Assembly (NCBI GenBank): GCA_000002445.1
Contig: CM000207.1
Span: forward strand, 672,001 to 736,000
From: Trypanosoma brucei
Taxonomy: Eukaryota
Reading direction: 5' to 3'
DNA: 64,000 nucleotides
Below the pieces are notes generated by a model. It searched no databases. It was not told the DNA's origin and saw only the letters and a program-made list of their open reading frames with translations. The position numbers and the translations under genes were made by a program. Shown piece by piece: positions 22,001 to 33,398 of this stretch. Each line of letters opens with the position of its first letter. Within the stretch, counting starts at the first letter, position 1.

Positions 22001-23400
22001 AGTCACGAGGCGGATGTTTGCGGCGTAGTGCTGAGGAAGTATACCGCAGCAAACACCCAGTCAGAGTCCTACATTCCCGCATCATGCGGTCCTACCCCCA
22101 CCTCCGCATTGAGCCACGCGAACACCCACTAGAGACATCGACGCTCCGCCACAGCTACCGACCGCTATTTCACACGCAGATAAAGCCTGTGTGCGCTGAT
22201 AACCCTGACGATATCAAAAAGGAAGCTTCCGAGAAATGGGCAGAAGGCGGTTCGTACAAGTGGGCGCGCACTATGAGGTGTGGGCCGGTGGGTTTGTGTT
22301 TGTTTGTGAGGAGTCTTTTGCAGCCGCGATATTAAACGCTGAAAAGAACTCATGTTTAGGACATGGAGGGGGAGAGGCTCGCTTGCGAACAGTTGCAGTA
22401 CGGTATCTCTCCCGCCTGAATTGCGCCCGTGGAAAGTGATAGAGATTTTCCCAAAGTGCAAGAGGACGCCGAGCAGACCGTCGATTTTTAGGGACCCTCC
22501 TTGTCCCTTTACCGTGCTAGAAAGAGACCCACTGATTATTATCAACACGCTCCTGCGAGAACTATGGCGGCTGAGCGCAAAAATGCGGGCGCAGGAGGGT
22601 GAGCATGGGGCTGCAGTTCGTATTTACCAACCGTGTCGTGACGCAGAATGGCGCGTGCGGCGAACTTTTGAACATCGATTACAATACGCCCACGCCGAGC
22701 GAGGAGTGGATTCCGGATATTGTGGTTTACGTGAAACGCCTGTTATTTTCTGAGGAGGGACATGCGGATGCGCCCCGGTGCTGGATCGCCGGAACGCAAC
22801 TCCTAAGAAAACTCGAGGGAGCGGTGACTCAAGAGGAAGAGACAGCGTTGTCGCGTTTCCGTGTTGGCGTTATCTCTTGGCATTATGGATGTTTGGTACC
22901 CGAAATAAACCCACAAGTGACTCCACAACGCCACAGGTGTGATCCACAGCTTCCCTTCAGACTATCCAATACTCCAGCCGCCAAATTGCCCACGGCTTCG
23001 AACCCATAAAGCATTTCGCACATGATTGGTCCTGTTAAGTACACTGAATGTGGCAGATTGTACCGGTGTCGGGTGAGCGGTTTTGCACACATGGTCAACA
23101 AGCGCAACTTTGTACGAACGGAAGGCCTCCAGAGGATAATATGCGGCGACGCCCCACAACTGGTGGATGCGCCTCTAAATTCCTCATTAACGGAAGTTTC
23201 ACTAACGACTGCAAACGCTTGACGACCCGCGACACGGAAAACGAAGGAAGTGAGGATGTTCCGTGCGACGTTTGTGAATTCCTACTCGCAGCTGGGGGCC
23301 GCCCGCCGCTCAGAAGGCAGCTGACACACGGCATAGGCGCTGGCAGCTGTGCGTGAAGAAGCGACGGGACGAGGACGAAGCACAAAGGGAAGGTAACCGT
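19100..23400 (+). mobile_element. Degenerate non-LTR (ingi/L1Tc-clade, DIRE-like) retroelement; boundaries approximate
   Basis: Central 1.6-kb RT ORF. Flanking it are frame-shifted short + strand ORFs in all three frames (22352-23356) and short ORF fragments upstream (19.2-20.7 kb). No long ORFs on either strand. Confidence 0.5.
20704..22335 (+). pseudogene. Reverse-transcriptase domain ORF of non-LTR retrotransposon, truncated and frame-disrupted
   Basis: RT motifs are present: YRPVTLTSCLSKVMERIIATRL, GFRPGCST, FVDHAKAFNTVDH, and the FADD box (GFFADDLTILA). The reported start at 20776 is GTG, with an in-frame TAA at 20701, so there is no ATG. No endonuclease domain lies in frame upstream. 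Confidence 0.7.
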
Positions 23401-23987
23401 GAGTCGGTCGACCGTGCTACGCGGCAGTGCGTTTGTGCTGTGAGTTTGCGGCGAGTTGTGTCCGACGCACTAGTTTCCCAGGACCTTGCGATCGTCCGTG
23501 GGAAATAGGAGAGGGTTGAAGTGTGTCCCTATGGGGAATGGTGGCGTCTGCTAGTTTTTGTCTTCCTTTTACTGCGTTATAGTGTCAGTCTGAGGTGGTG
23601 ACCATCCCCATCAGGCATCTGTTTGGTTACCGGTTGCACAGCCTTGGCACTAAGGGTGCTGCGGGGGTATTTCCATCTCTTTAATCTTACTTGTATGACT
23701 CGAGTCTTTGACTTCTTTCTTTTTGTCGTTTGATCTGTGATTGAATCTTTGCCGAGACAAAAGGTGCGTGTTCCAACGATCATCAACCACGGCGTTGCGC
23801 GGTGACTTGGTCAGTCGTTGTCCGGGAGGGGGGGGGGTGTCGGCGCGCGTGGTGTTGTGCTTTTGCACTTCTCCTTGCTGAGAGGACAAGACGTAGCTTT
23901 TGACCTATGTGCTCTGCACGTCAGTGGGTGGTTCTCTGATTTGACTGGGGGCATATTGGTGGTACTTCCCCTCATGAGGCGCTTCCG

Positions 23988-24345
23988 GAGAATATGAAGC
24001 ACCTATGGTTGTGAGATTGTTTAGTGGTAATAGTTATAATTTTCTTTTGTGTTCTTGTCACCGGTCAGTTCCGTTAGTGAGGAGTAGTTGCGCTCGTACA
24101 GACCCGTTGGTAATTGTTGTGAATTTGGTGCTCAGGGCTCCATGCGGCACTGGGGGCGAGGGCTCGTCATTCAGAGGATGTCGTATACTAAAGGGCAGGC
24201 AACGCTGTGCGAGATCACAATCGTTTTAGCGATTCTTGTTGGAAGTATTTATGGAGTCTTATGACACTGGGTATGGCTGGTATCATTCTGTGTTACCCTG
24301 TAGCCTACTGGTCGTTCATCATGGCCTACCTTGTTGCCGTAGGCA
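23988..24345. repeat. Copy A of a 358-bp perfect direct repeat
   Basis: Identical to 26827-27184 by direct comparison; divergence begins immediately outside both ends. Confidence 0.85.
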
Positions 24346-24886
24346 GCACTATAAAACGTGATCAAAAGGTTGCTGCTGCAGCTGGTTGTTTTATGTGGAC
24401 GGAGTGTGCCGCATAGTTTGAATAGCAACGTTTTATATCGCTTCGTTCAGCTTACACTCTTATTTTTTTCGATGACTGAAGAACGGTCTATCGGGGTATC
24501 CACTTAGTAGTTCATATATGTCGTACTACGCATATATTCATTTTTAAAATAAAAAACTGCGTCTAATATCGTTGAATTCCATGTTCTCTTTTAGTTCGTT
24601 GACTATATCGGGGAGAGTTTCACTTGTGGTTCGGTGCATGTGTGCCCCCTTAATAATTAGTAGTGATTTTTAAAAAATATTGACTCTGTCTCACTCTTCT
24701 TCTCTCTCTGTATGTGACCCTTTAATGTGTTTCTTGTCCCTGCATTTCCGGGTAGTTTTCATCATAGTTATTTAAACTTTATATTTTCGTTTCATTAATC
24801 TAATCAGCTGAAAATTAAACCTTTTTTTTTTTTAAAAGGGGTGTAGACAAATCAACTGTGAATTTATTCATTTATTGGGGCAACCG

Positions 24887-25372
24887 ATGCCTACTCCTCG
24901 GGAAACTGTCGTTGCCTTTTTGACACAGGCATGCTGTGGGACCATCGTGGCGCTTCACCGCATGGGCGGTATGGAGGTGATGTTGTATAAAGAGCAACTT
25001 GTTGTTATGCTTACGAGGTACTTTAATAGCTGCTGGAATTCTCTCCTTAGCGGAGATGATCCGTATGTTGTTGAGTCGTTTAATATGATGAAACATGATA
25101 ATCCTGGGTGCGTTATGAGGTATCTCTTTTCCGTCGGGACGTCCGTACTTCCCGACGAACCCCCCCAGGAAATAGCTCGCTATTCTCCCGAAGACACTGA
25201 CGACCTTGAAGCAGCGCGTGTGACAATTTCTGAGACGCTGCAACAGCTTCTCGCTGAACGGATAGCCGTCGATCCATTTCAACATTCCTGTGAGGGTTTA
25301 TCATTGAGTGCGGAGCGGACGGCGTGGAGTGAAAAAGGTTGTCCACCGCAAAATTTCTTTGAAATTTCGTGA
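24887..25372 (+). CDS. Hypothetical protein (161 aa)
   Basis: + strand ORF between the two repeat copies. Track start at 24875 is TTG; first ATG at 24887. Confidence 0.4.
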   Translation: MPTPRETVVAFLTQACCGTIVALHRMGGMEVMLYKEQLVVMLTRYFNSCWNSLLSGDDPYVVESFNMMKHDNPGCVMRYLFSVGTSVLPDEPPQEIARYSPEDTDDLEAARVTISETLQQLLAERIAVDPFQHSCEGLSLSAERTAWSEKGCPPQNFFEIS

Positions 25373-25759
25373 TGACGGGATTTCTCATCGTCGTTTCCTT
25401 TTTGCTACACTTCCTTTTGTTGGCGCTCTCGTATTTGTTTTCTTTGGGGAGGGGGGGGGGATGGATGACAGGTAAAAACGTATGTCGTGACAGCGAAGTT
25501 TTTTTTTTATTAATTGTTGAAGTGTATATTTTTCCTCTTGCTTTTCTCCAATGTTTAAAGCTACTTTTTTTTTTTTACTATGTCTCTTCAACTGTTCCTC
25601 AGGGTGTGGCGTAGGAGACCACCGTATGCGGGCGTCGTTTGGTTCTATTACTGTAGCCGAGCTGATCGCTGCGGTATATAGTTTACTGTGTTGTCGGCAC
25701 TTTTTACTACATTCGATTGGTTTTATTTAGGTAGAATAGAGGTAAGTCGACCAATCTGT

Positions 25760-26809
25760 ATGTTTCCGTTTTACTCATGCGACCAGGGTAAAGGTGCACA
25801 CGAGGTGCAAAGTCCACCAGGTGATACCATAAGCTCGATCCGTTTCTCCCCTGCAGGATGTCCGCTGTTGCTTGTAGGCGCAACATCATGGGACAAAAGT
25901 TGTCGTGTATGGCAGGTTGATAATTCGTCCAGAAGCGCAGCCATTAGTTCCAAACCGTTAAGCCTTGCAGAAAGTGGCGCCCCAATTTTGGATATGTCGT
26001 TTTCGGAAGATGGCAGGGTGTTCTTTGGTGGGTGTGACAAGAGCGCAACGATGTGGAATCTAACGACTGGTCAAAAAACCGTTGTCGCATCCCACGACCT
26101 TCCGATTAGTTGCCTGTCCTACGTGTTGTCACCAACCGGAGGTGACATGTTAATAACAGGAAGTTGGGATGGTAAGTTACGATACTGGGACATGAAGCAG
26201 CCGCGACCTGTTAAGGAGGATTTACTTGGTGAGCCGATATTTGCACTTGATGCGCAAAGATCGTTTCCTATGGCCGCATGCGTCACCGGACGCAAAGTGC
26301 ACGTTTTTAACATGCAGTTTATGTCGAAGGTGATGGAACTGGACCCCCCCAAAATGATGAAGTTCAGTTTACGATGTGTTGCTTGTTCACCTCAGCATGA
26401 TGGGGTTGCCGTTGGGAGCTCGGAGGGGAGGGTATCGTTCATTCCTTTGAGACAAGAAAGTGGCTGCACATTTAAAGCTCATGTCGTTGAAGAGAACAAT
26501 GTTTTCTATATGCACCAAACGAATTTCTGCTCGATAGATTCGAAGACCGGACGAATGATAACTGGTGGTGGGGATGGTCGCATTGCCGTCTGGGATTATA
26601 AAAAGAGGTGCAACGTATGCTATGAAAATGATCCGAAGTTGCCAAACAGGAATAACTCGATTTCTGCCGGAGACATTAGTGCCGACTGCTCTTTGCTTGC
26701 GTACGCACGTAGCTATGATTGGGCAATGGGAAAGACGCGCGCGATTACGAACGAGCCTCATACAATACACATAAGATCTGCTAATCCTACACAGCTGAAA
26801 GCAAGATAG
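25760..26809 (+). CDS. RAE1: Rae1/Gle2-family WD40 protein (poly(A)+ RNA export factor)
   Basis: Collinear matches to Rae1 blocks: EVQSPPGDTISSIRFSP, TSWDKSCRVWQV, CDKSATMWNL, TGSWDGKLRYWD, FKAH.., GGGDGRIAVWD, AYARSYDWAMG. Track start at 25688 is GTG; first ATG at 25760. Confidence 0.85.
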   Translation: MFPFYSCDQGKGAHEVQSPPGDTISSIRFSPAGCPLLLVGATSWDKSCRVWQVDNSSRSAAISSKPLSLAESGAPILDMSFSEDGRVFFGGCDKSATMWNLTTGQKTVVASHDLPISCLSYVLSPTGGDMLITGSWDGKLRYWDMKQPRPVKEDLLGEPIFALDAQRSFPMAACVTGRKVHVFNMQFMSKVMELDPPKMMKFSLRCVACSPQHDGVAVGSSEGRVSFIPLRQESGCTFKAHVVEENNVFYMHQTNFCSIDSKTGRMITGGGDGRIAVWDYKKRCNVCYENDPKLPNRNNSISAGDISADCSLLAYARSYDWAMGKTRAITNEPHTIHIRSANPTQLKAR

Positions 26810-26826
26810 TTATTCTATTTTTCGAA

Positions 26827-27184
26827 GAATATGAAGCACCTATGGTTGTGAGATTGTTTAGTGGTAATAGTTATAATTTTCTTTTGTGTTCTTGTCACCG
26901 GTCAGTTCCGTTAGTGAGGAGTAGTTGCGCTCGTACAGACCCGTTGGTAATTGTTGTGAATTTGGTGCTCAGGGCTCCATGCGGCACTGGGGGCGAGGGC
27001 TCGTCATTCAGAGGATGTCGTATACTAAAGGGCAGGCAACGCTGTGCGAGATCACAATCGTTTTAGCGATTCTTGTTGGAAGTATTTATGGAGTCTTATG
27101 ACACTGGGTATGGCTGGTATCATTCTGTGTTACCCTGTAGCCTACTGGTCGTTCATCATGGCCTACCTTGTTGCCGTAGGCAGT
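26827..27184. repeat. Copy B of the 358-bp perfect direct repeat, starting 18 bp after the RAE1 stop
   Basis: Identical to 23988-24345. Confidence 0.85.
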
Positions 27185-27436
27185 ACTAAATTTAAAAGAA
27201 TTCCTTCGGCTGATAATATACTGAATCTTTTTGCTGTTCAGTTTATTTTGCACTGTCTCTCATTTTGGTGCGGCGCGGCGTATGCTTCACTGTTATGAAT
27301 CATGTCTTTTCCTTTTTTTTTTTGCAATATTTTTCGACATCGTTTGTGCCGTTGTTGGGTACAGGTTTTAGGTGTTAATCCGTTGCTGAGTAAATTTGGT
27401 TCTTAAATTTCGATTACTACGACAAGTAGCTGAGCG

Positions 27437-28099
27437 ATGAGTGAGTCTAGTGCGACCAAAAAGCATGTATATGGATATGAACTTTACAGTAAAAATGTTC
27501 ACCAATATCCATCTATTACTGATGTTAAAACCGTAAAGGGTGCAATCGCAGGAAACATTCATGACTACCTCAATCATTTGGGTGCATTTGAAGGGAATGC
27601 GCGTCGAGAGCGTGGGGAGGTATTGGCGTATTCGCTTTTGGCTGGTGCCCTCTCTCTGGCCTGCGCGATATATTTCGCCAAAGACGTATTACTGCCTTAC
27701 AAGTTGCTTACATTATCTCTCATTGGGGTTACAGGTGCTGCCACCCTGTGTGCTTACGTTTGTGACTGCAGACAGAAATCGGACAATATTGCCTTCCTGG
27801 CCACGTGCTCAGCTTCTACCGAGGCGAAGGACTACCTTCGTACCTTAAAAGGGCATCGGGTTTGCATTCGCTTGGGTGAGGTACCCAACTCGTCAGCGCT
27901 TACCATGGAAGCGCAGGTGGTTGGGCCTCCTTGTTTCTTCGGCGCTCCAGAAGTGCACTCATCATCGTCGAAGGTGGTGCCATACGGACGTTACTTCACT
28001 AAAAGCGGGTACTTTTTCCCTCCTCCGCTCATGAATGACGTGGATAATCTTCTAAGCTCATTAAAGACCTCGACCTCAAAAAAGAAACGGCAATCCTAA
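27437..28099 (+). CDS. Hypothetical protein, 220 aa, with two predicted TM helices
   Basis: ATG start. Hydrophobic segments VLAYSLLAGALSLACAIYFA and LLTLSLIGVTGAATLCAYV. Confidence 0.4.
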   Translation: MSESSATKKHVYGYELYSKNVHQYPSITDVKTVKGAIAGNIHDYLNHLGAFEGNARRERGEVLAYSLLAGALSLACAIYFAKDVLLPYKLLTLSLIGVTGAATLCAYVCDCRQKSDNIAFLATCSASTEAKDYLRTLKGHRVCIRLGEVPNSSALTMEAQVVGPPCFFGAPEVHSSSSKVVPYGRYFTKSGYFFPPPLMNDVDNLLSSLKTSTSKKKRQS

Positions 28100-28353
28100 C
28101 ACCGCAGATGCCTTCTAAACAATACAAAAACCGACTGCATCATATCTACGTTCCTTCTAATTTCTTGTGTTGTTTTTCTCTGCTTGGGATGCGGCGCGAG
28201 TCAAGAAGCTAGCGCCCGTGCACCCCTCTCCTACCCAACAATGCACATATCGTGTACCCCATTCATTTCACTAGCTCAACAAACTACAAGGGAGGTGCTT
28301 AGGGCATAAACAAAACTCTACTACGCAAGAGCGCGGAGAAGCTGATCAGGAAA

Positions 28354-28614
28354 ATGGTGTCTGCAACGGCAGTTCGTCGTTTTGGTTACGTTGGTGCGGC
28401 AGCAAACTGGCTTATACCCCTTGCTGCCATTGTTAATCTTCCTACGCGCAAACCCAGTGAGATTGACCCTCTGATGACCGGTGTTTTGGGAACGTACAGC
28501 GCAGTGTTTGTTCGATGGTCGATAGCCATCTCGCCACCAAATTATCCCTTGTTTTTATGTCACGCGACGAACTGCGTGGTGCAGGCCGCAACCCTTGTCC
28601 GAAAGGCAGTGTGA
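28354..28614 (+). CDS. MPC: Mitochondrial pyruvate carrier (MPC/UPF0041 family) subunit, 86 aa
   Basis: ATG start. NWLIPLAAIVNLPTRKPSEIDPLMTGVLGTYSAVFVRWSIAISPPNYPLFLCHATNCVVQAATLVRK matches the MPC family pattern (W.iP...i.D...P..iS..mt.aL..Ys..F.R.......P.NY.L..cH..N...Q..Q..R). Confidence 0.7.
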   Translation: MVSATAVRRFGYVGAAANWLIPLAAIVNLPTRKPSEIDPLMTGVLGTYSAVFVRWSIAISPPNYPLFLCHATNCVVQAATLVRKAV

Positions 28615-29837
28615 ATATAGGGTGTGCTGACTTGCGTAGTGAACACCGACGGTTCTTTCACTATATAAACCTCTAGGAATATAAGTTATCGTTTACATCC
28701 CTTTGTTGGGGCGACTCCCCCGTGAGAGGCAAAAGAGTGCATAAAGTCAGGAGACAGTGTGACGAATATTGAGTGAGATGAGTGTCTATATCCGACTTTC
28801 AGTGTTCCCTACCCATGCATGATTAAGACCGTAGCATCTGAGCATCTACCGTTATTAACTATGTGAAGATGGTTTGACGTATCCTTTGAGTGAAGCAAAA
28901 AGAAAAAAAAGAATCCCCCTTCTTACTTTAATGGCGGTGGCCTGCTCCAGCCGAGTGACTGGCTGTTCTCGGTTGAGTTACCTTTAAATGTTGTTTCCCC
29001 CCTCTATGCTAGTTGAAGTTGTGTACCGCAGATTTTTTGTAACTCACTGAAGGCTAAGGGAGTGACAACCGGGGAAACAGGTAAATATTCAACGTTGTCG
29101 GGTGGGGCTCCTGTATTATGTTACTGTCTGTAAGGACACTGGCGAAGATGCTTGTTTCATGAAATGGGTGGTGATATTGCAACGATCGGATGTTAGGCCG
29201 CTGAAGAGATTTGTCATTGCCGGAGGAGGGCGGCCTGGAAATTTTGTGCATGACATTTTTTGTGAGTTACCCTGACATTTTGTCGCTAATGTGACGTGTG
29301 ATTGTGCATTCCAGCGTGTAAATGTCAACGTGTATTTAGTCGCCGCTCGTTTTGCTAGACGCCAGCGCTGCATAGCTGCTTGCGCCAACGTCGAACATAT
29401 TCCCATTTGAAGGTAGTTTGCGGTGTCGAAGAGAAAAGTGTCCCTACCACTGGATCTGCTTTCGCCACGTGTGTTTGTGAATAATGAACGCGGCACTCTT
29501 CAGAAAGAAAAGTATTAAGCTGCTTCTACGTTCTGTTGTTTTTGACCCTGTTTGTTCGGAGGGGTGAAGTATGGGGCATACGGAGTGATGATTGGCTGTT
29601 ATGCAACGTTTTGTGAACTGTTGAGAGGGCATGTTCCTGTTACTTGGACTTTTCTTTAGCACTTTATCCTTGGGAGGGGTTTGCCAACCGCGTGCCTGTG
29701 GTCTTCAGCCGTGCATTTCTTTCCTCTTTCTTCAGCCTCATCGTTGTAGGGCGCTGACCAGGCAATATACAACTTTTAGGGAATTTTGCTCCAAGTAAAG
29801 ATTGAATATTGTGGAAAGAGGTTTTAACTGACCCACA

Positions 29838-31634
29838 ATGACCTGCGTAAAAGAGTTGTTGCAGCTTCCAACGGACGAGGTGCGCGCTTGTGTGTTTCCC
29901 CTTTCTGATGTAGAGGTTACTTTAGTCCTCTGTGAATTGGGAAAACTTCTGCAGAGATGGCTTTACGCCACGCGCTACAAGTTGGTTTCCTCATTCGAGG
30001 TATTTCTTCATTTATTTGTGCACGTAGCGGACAGAGAACCGAAAAGGATAGCCAACGCTTTCCTCGGTTCATGTAAAGAGGGCCAGCACCTGTCGTTGCT
30101 GGCAGATGTATGTGAAACCCTCTTCTCACCATCCCGGATTTCCCTTCTTGCTGAAGTGGACGTAGAGCTTTTCTTAACATTCTTAAAGTTCCTCTGTGAC
30201 ATTCCTGTATTGAAGGATCGGCTCGGTAATGTTCTGGTGAAGATTCTCCTGGAATTCCTCTCCGCTGCGGTGGAGCGCGATGGGGACTACCGTCAACCCC
30301 GAGCATGTGCAAGCGTGCTCATCACCCTCACACGTGGGTCAAAGGCAAACAAAGATCGTATGAAGGTGGAGTGCGACCGTTTGGGGGAGACCCTTGAAAA
30401 AACAACTGATGTCTATCTGCGACTTCAGTGTGTTGAGTTGCTGTTTCGACTTCACGTACACGACGGAACAATTTTAGCTACTTCCTCATTGTGTGGGCTA
30501 CTGAAGAGGGGTGTGCCAAAGCTTCCAAACGATGAGCATTTATTAACAAACATGCTGGTCTTGCTAGAGTCCTACGACGCTGACCGAGAGGTCCCACGAA
30601 TTCTGCAGTTTACAACAATCCTTGTTGAAGTGGACAGCATACAGGTATGTGGGCCCACGAAAATTTATTTTTCCCTATCTATGCTAGTAATTATGATGCC
30701 GGGGTACACCGGGGACAACATTACAATTCCATATGAGCATATCCGTTCTATGAAGCTAACTAGGGAACGTAAACTGGGACTTCGTTTGCACGTTGTTCCA
30801 CCGCAGCTGTCGGGTATCATGTCGTTTGAGGCGTTGAAGGACACGTTAACAGTTTCGTTAACGCAGGCGACGGTCGATGCCTTTCGCGCATCAGGTATTC
30901 GGGATTGGGTTGCTGCTAGAAAGAACTTTGCTCCTCTTGGAAGCGCTCGGGAGGTGAGGGACACTTCCACTAAGCTGTATGCGCTGTCGGTTCCAGAGAC
31001 GGAGAAACGTGGGAACACCGAAGGATACAATGCTGGTGAAGGGCGGGCTGCAAAACGGGACGAATTGGGGATGCCTTTCTTGGAAATCAAAGAGGAGGGG
31101 CACCCATCTGGTGGGGGAAGGGGGAACGGAGACATGGGGATGTTTCACGATCTTAATGAGGTCGCCACCAGCAAGGTTACGCGAATGCGCCAAGACTGCC
31201 GCCGGGAGCTTCAATCTGTGTTTCACTTCGCGGAGGAGGAGATAGAGAAGATGCGGCGAACAAACGCATCCGAACGTGATGCTTTCAACACTTCGTTGAA
31301 GGAAGACTTGATAATGATACGGCGCGTGGGGGCTCAAGTGAAAGCGAAAACTGCGGAGTGTGTCGAGTCACTTAACCAGGAGTTGACTGAGACTCAGGCT
31401 CTCGGTGAGCTTCTCAGGGATGAGCTGGGCAAGCTACAAGACAGCCTCACATCAGCGCTGCACAGCTCTGAGGAAGCTGAAGTGGGGCACCTTATTGAGC
31501 TAAAAACGTTGGTTGACGCAGAAATGAAATCTATTAAAGACAAGTTGATGAGGCTAGTTTCTTTAGCAGGGCCATTCCGGACGTTGGGAAACCACACTTT
31601 GCAGCGGGAGCCGGTGGCTGGTGCTAGCACATAG
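29838..31634 (+). CDS. Hypothetical protein, 598 aa, C-terminal coiled coil
   Basis: ATG start; long + strand ORF; no recognised domain. Confidence 0.5.
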   Translation: MTCVKELLQLPTDEVRACVFPLSDVEVTLVLCELGKLLQRWLYATRYKLVSSFEVFLHLFVHVADREPKRIANAFLGSCKEGQHLSLLADVCETLFSPSRISLLAEVDVELFLTFLKFLCDIPVLKDRLGNVLVKILLEFLSAAVERDGDYRQPRACASVLITLTRGSKANKDRMKVECDRLGETLEKTTDVYLRLQCVELLFRLHVHDGTILATSSLCGLLKRGVPKLPNDEHLLTNMLVLLESYDADREVPRILQFTTILVEVDSIQVCGPTKIYFSLSMLVIMMPGYTGDNITIPYEHIRSMKLTRERKLGLRLHVVPPQLSGIMSFEALKDTLTVSLTQATVDAFRASGIRDWVAARKNFAPLGSAREVRDTSTKLYALSVPETEKRGNTEGYNAGEGRAAKRDELGMPFLEIKEEGHPSGGGRGNGDMGMFHDLNEVATSKVTRMRQDCRRELQSVFHFAEEEIEKMRRTNASERDAFNTSLKEDLIMIRRVGAQVKAKTAECVESLNQELTETQALGELLRDELGKLQDSLTSALHSSEEAEVGHLIELKTLVDAEMKSIKDKLMRLVSLAGPFRTLGNHTLQREPVAGAST

Positions 31635-32040
31635 AGAAGCGGCCTACAAGGCGGTCACGGAAGTCCCAACGCAGCTGTAACCGCCTTTCCTGTTAGAGGG
31701 AAAGTGTTATACCGCGTCCGGAATACAGGTAAGGCTTTTTTTGTTCATATTTTTATGCATATAAATGTGCTTATTTTACGCAAATGACTTGTTTCTCCGC
31801 GTCAGTATGGGCAGTTGCGTGCGTAAAGTGTCTCGCAGCGCTATTTCCTTTCTGCACGTGTTGCGGCGACATGTTTCCTACGACTTTCTTGTCTCCCGCT
31901 TTTTTTTCTTGCAAATAACGACGATGATTATGGTTGCTACTGTTGATGCTGTTTTTTCCCCTACGGCGCTTACTTCGTAACCACACACAAAGGGGCAAAG
32001 GTGAGAAAAAGCGAAGTAGCGGATAGACGCTAAAGAGACA

Positions 32041-32895
32041 ATGTCGGATGTAAAAGGGGCGCTTACACGCCTGGAGCGCCTGCACGAGGCGTGCGGCGGT
32101 GCCGGTCTTTCAACCGTGGGAGCGTTACCGGCTGACGGTGGGGCAAATATGAGTGTCAACGAAGTGGGTTCCTACGAGAAAGGCCAATACCATGTCGCCT
32201 GCTTGATGAAGAGAGCAAGAGAGAGTATGACTATCCTGGCGGAGACTGGGGAATCCATGGACATAGCGCGGAGAGCCGAGATATCAAATTCGATCCGGCG
32301 GGATATGAGTGCTGTTAAGAAAGAGTGCACAGCCTTGAATCGGGTGGCAATGAAGGAGGGGAAGCGTGGTGACTACATGCAACTTCTTTCTTTTGTTAAT
32401 AAGACCGAGCAATTTCAACGCCGTCTCCATAATGGCCCAGTGTTGGGCGAGGCTTCAGGAGCAATAGGTGATGGGAGCACACACGTCGGTGGAACTACTC
32501 CAGGGGTGCCGGAAGCTAATGCGGTCACTGCCGATTCAGAAAACCGCGAAGTCGGCTCGTTTATTTCGGCCAGTGAAGTTGAAGGGTTTCTCCAGTTTTT
32601 TGAGGAAACGAGGAAGCGTGACGCTGAAATAGATCAGGTATTGGAGAGAATCAGCGCCGGCGTTACGCGTTTACAAGAAAACGCGTTGACACTTCGTTCC
32701 GAACTGTGTACACAACAGCGTCTTCTCGACGATACGGAAGAAAAGGTCGATGGTATACACGCAAAGTTGGACTCCTTGAATATCAAACTTCGTCGCACAC
32801 TAGAGCAGGTGGATAAGGATCGCATGTCCGTGTATATCCTTTGCTGTTTGCTTCTCCTTGGCATCTATGGGGCGATATACAACATGTCTAGGTGA
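32041..32895 (+). CDS. Tail-anchored Q-SNARE (syntaxin-like)
   Basis: ATG start. SNARE heptad region with central Gln (LRSELCTQQRLLDDTEEKVDGIHAKLDSLNIKLRRTLEQV), followed by a C-terminal TM anchor (VYILCCLLLLGIYGAIYNM). Confidence 0.6.
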   Translation: MSDVKGALTRLERLHEACGGAGLSTVGALPADGGANMSVNEVGSYEKGQYHVACLMKRARESMTILAETGESMDIARRAEISNSIRRDMSAVKKECTALNRVAMKEGKRGDYMQLLSFVNKTEQFQRRLHNGPVLGEASGAIGDGSTHVGGTTPGVPEANAVTADSENREVGSFISASEVEGFLQFFEETRKRDAEIDQVLERISAGVTRLQENALTLRSELCTQQRLLDDTEEKVDGIHAKLDSLNIKLRRTLEQVDKDRMSVYILCCLLLLGIYGAIYNMSR

Positions 32896-33398
32896 GGCAT
32901 TTTATAAATTACCTGCACAACATAATGAAAGGGAGGTGCTTCGATCCTGAAGCTGCAGGGATCCAACAAGGAGAGTATTACCAGTTAGTTAAATTTGCGC
33001 TGAAGTTATGGGGAGCTAACAGGGAGGGGGCATTCATGCTCTTTCTTCAAACTTACCCATTTCCATCCATCTCTTTGCTCTTTTGCATACTTTCTACTGC
33101 GTGTCTGCCCGTGTTTGTTAGGTTGGGCACAAACTTCACTTTGCTTTTGATACTATGTGATGGGGGTTTGTTGTTGCGCCCTCCAGGGGCGTCGGATGAA
33201 ATCCGTGAGGTATGATCCTCGGTTTGTGTCTTTATTTTTCATCCCCGTTCCTTTAACTTTTAGTAGCAGCTTTGCCCCTCTGCGGTGGCGTCTACCGACT
33301 TCTGGTCACAGGTTGCGGACACACACACACAAAAAAAAACTGTAGTGCCATCAAAGGGAGGAAGTGAAGGATTGCATCCCTCGGTTCCAACACGACGA

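Noticed and set aside
22352-23356. Three overlapping + strand ORFs (133, 136, 102 aa) downstream of the RT
   Set aside because: They sit in three different frames in series, as expected for a frame-shifted decayed retroelement ORF (RNase H / zinc-finger region). They were not called as independent genes.
24005-24416. 74-aa and 69-aa ORFs inside both copies of the 358-bp direct repeat (24005-24229, 24207-24416; 26842-27066, 27044-27298)
   Set aside because: They are short with no domain similarity. Their duplication is fully explained by the repeat itself, and their ends differ because the repeat boundary cuts through them.
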